A stretch of 64,000 nt of DNA from positions 7,876,001 to 7,940,000 of the forward strand of contig CM075989.1 in the NCBI GenBank assembly GCA_038087875.1, read 5' to 3'. How positions within the stretch are numbered: the first letter of the stretch is position 1; the number at the start of each line of letters is the position of its first letter. Shown here one piece after another: positions 63,691 through 64,000 of the stretch. The stretch comes from Malacoraja senta. Lineage: Eukaryota. The notes below the pieces were generated by a model. The model searched no databases and was not told where the DNA came from. It saw nothing but the letters and a program-made list of their open reading frames with translations. Both the position numbers and the translations under genes were made by a program.

Positions 63691-64000
63691 AAGAAAGAAC
63701 TGCAGATGCCTGCTTAAATCGAAGGTAGACACCAAATGCTGGAGTAACTCAGTGGGACAGGCAGTATCTCTGGAGAGAAGGAATCCAAAGGTACTGCCTG
63801 TCCCGCTGAGTTACTCCAGCATTTGGTGTCTAGGTTCTTGAACTGACCTGCACAACCGTGATCATACCTTGGCAATGGAACACCAAGGACCAGTATGTTT
63901 AGTATGGGTGTCAGGGGGTATTTGGAGAAGGCAGGAAAATGGGGTTGAGAGGGAAAGATTGATTAACCATGAGTGAATGGCAGAGTAGTCTTGATGGGCT

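Noticed and set aside
1..64000. CRISPR array or prokaryotic operon
   Set aside because: No regularly spaced repeat-spacer array; the sequence is a spliced vertebrate gene with transposable elements

Overview
Eukaryotic, repeat-rich vertebrate DNA, very probably an elasmobranch (skate, ray or shark), judged from HE1/V-SINE-type tRNA SINEs and their CR1-type partner LINEs. The window holds the 3' part of one plus-strand gene, AKAP13 (AKAP-Lbc RhoGEF). I traced 20 coding exons by hand from 8422 to the stop at 51779 (3008 nt, about 1000 aa: end of the C1 domain, DH, PH, coiled coil, C-terminal EEVFYC*). All splice phases are consistent, and one intron has a GC donor. A probable ~5 kb 3' UTR follows. 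The introns carry SINEs, CR1, Rex1/Babar, L1/Tx1 and Penelope-like fragments, palindromic Harbinger-type MITEs and a possible Helitron end. The most notable non-obvious signal is a very common short repeat carrying a minimal hammerhead-ribozyme-like core (CTGAAGA-A-GGGTC-TC-GACCC-GAAAC-GTC). It sits just downstream of Penelope GIY-YIG ORF ends and also occurs as small, often fold-back inserts flanked by 11-16 bp target-site duplications. Family assignments come from recalled motifs, not database searches, and repeat boundaries are approximate.
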